This document shows positions 47,692 to 48,008 of a stretch of 48,008 nt of DNA, one piece after another. The notes under the pieces were generated by a model. The model had not been told where the DNA came from, made no database searches, and saw only the letters and a program-made list of their open reading frames with translations. A program made the translations under genes and the position numbers. The stretch is from positions 5,263,505 to 5,311,512 of the forward strand of contig NC_057753.1 in the NCBI RefSeq assembly GCF_004010195.1, written 5' to 3'. Origin of the DNA: Chiloscyllium plagiosum (Eukaryota). Within the stretch, counting starts at the first letter, position 1. Every line of letters begins with the position of its first letter.

Positions 47692-48008
47692 ATAGTGTTA
47701 AAGGTTTAGAAGGAGAGGAATTTCTTAAGTGTGTACAAGACGATTTTCTGATTCAGTATGTGGATGTACCTACTAGAGAAGGTGCAAAACTTGACCTACT
47801 CTTGCGAAATAAGGCAGGGCAGGTGACTGAGGTGTCAGTGGGGGAGCACTTTGGGGCCAGCGACCATAATTCTATTTGTTTTAAAATAGTGATGGAAAAG
47901 GATAGACCAGATCTAAAAGTTGAAGTTCTAAATTGGAGAAAGGCCAATTTTGACGATATTAGGCAAGAACTTTCAAAAGCTGATTGGAGGCAGATGTTCA
48001 CAGGTAAA
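47692..48008 (+). mobile_element. CR1 ORF2 APE fragment running off the window end
   Basis: LIQYVDVPTREGAKLDLLL...SDHNSI; closely similar to the reverse of ~5920-6220. Confidence 0.9.

Overview
Eukaryotic, not microbial, DNA. The repeat content (tRNA-derived HE1-type SINEs sharing a 3' tail with CR1/HER1-type LINEs) points to a cartilaginous fish, probably a shark (inference). Most of the window is nested transposon debris. The only intact host gene is an intronless, effector-less C2H2 zinc-finger ORF (15422-16891, 17 repeats, 15 canonical) behind a GC/CCAAT/NRF1/YY1-type promoter. Notable structure: (1) a two-LTR endogenous retrovirus on the minus strand (27468-34826) with a 4-bp TSD, a tRNA-His-like PBS and an env TM remnant but no recognisable gag-pol; (2) a second, heavily decayed plus-strand retrovirus (~36700-41015) with ERV-L/class III-like RNase H-integrase and a non-gamma-type env; (3) many short Penelope-like elements, often palindromic, carrying minimal hammerhead ribozyme motifs and 11-17 bp TSDs; (4) an old segmental duplication linking 1453-11975 with 40567-43798; (5) a near-identical ~1035-bp tandem array directly upstream of the ZNF promoter. 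There is a 285-N assembly gap. Coordinates were read by eye; repeat boundaries without a TSD are approximate, and no database searches were run.
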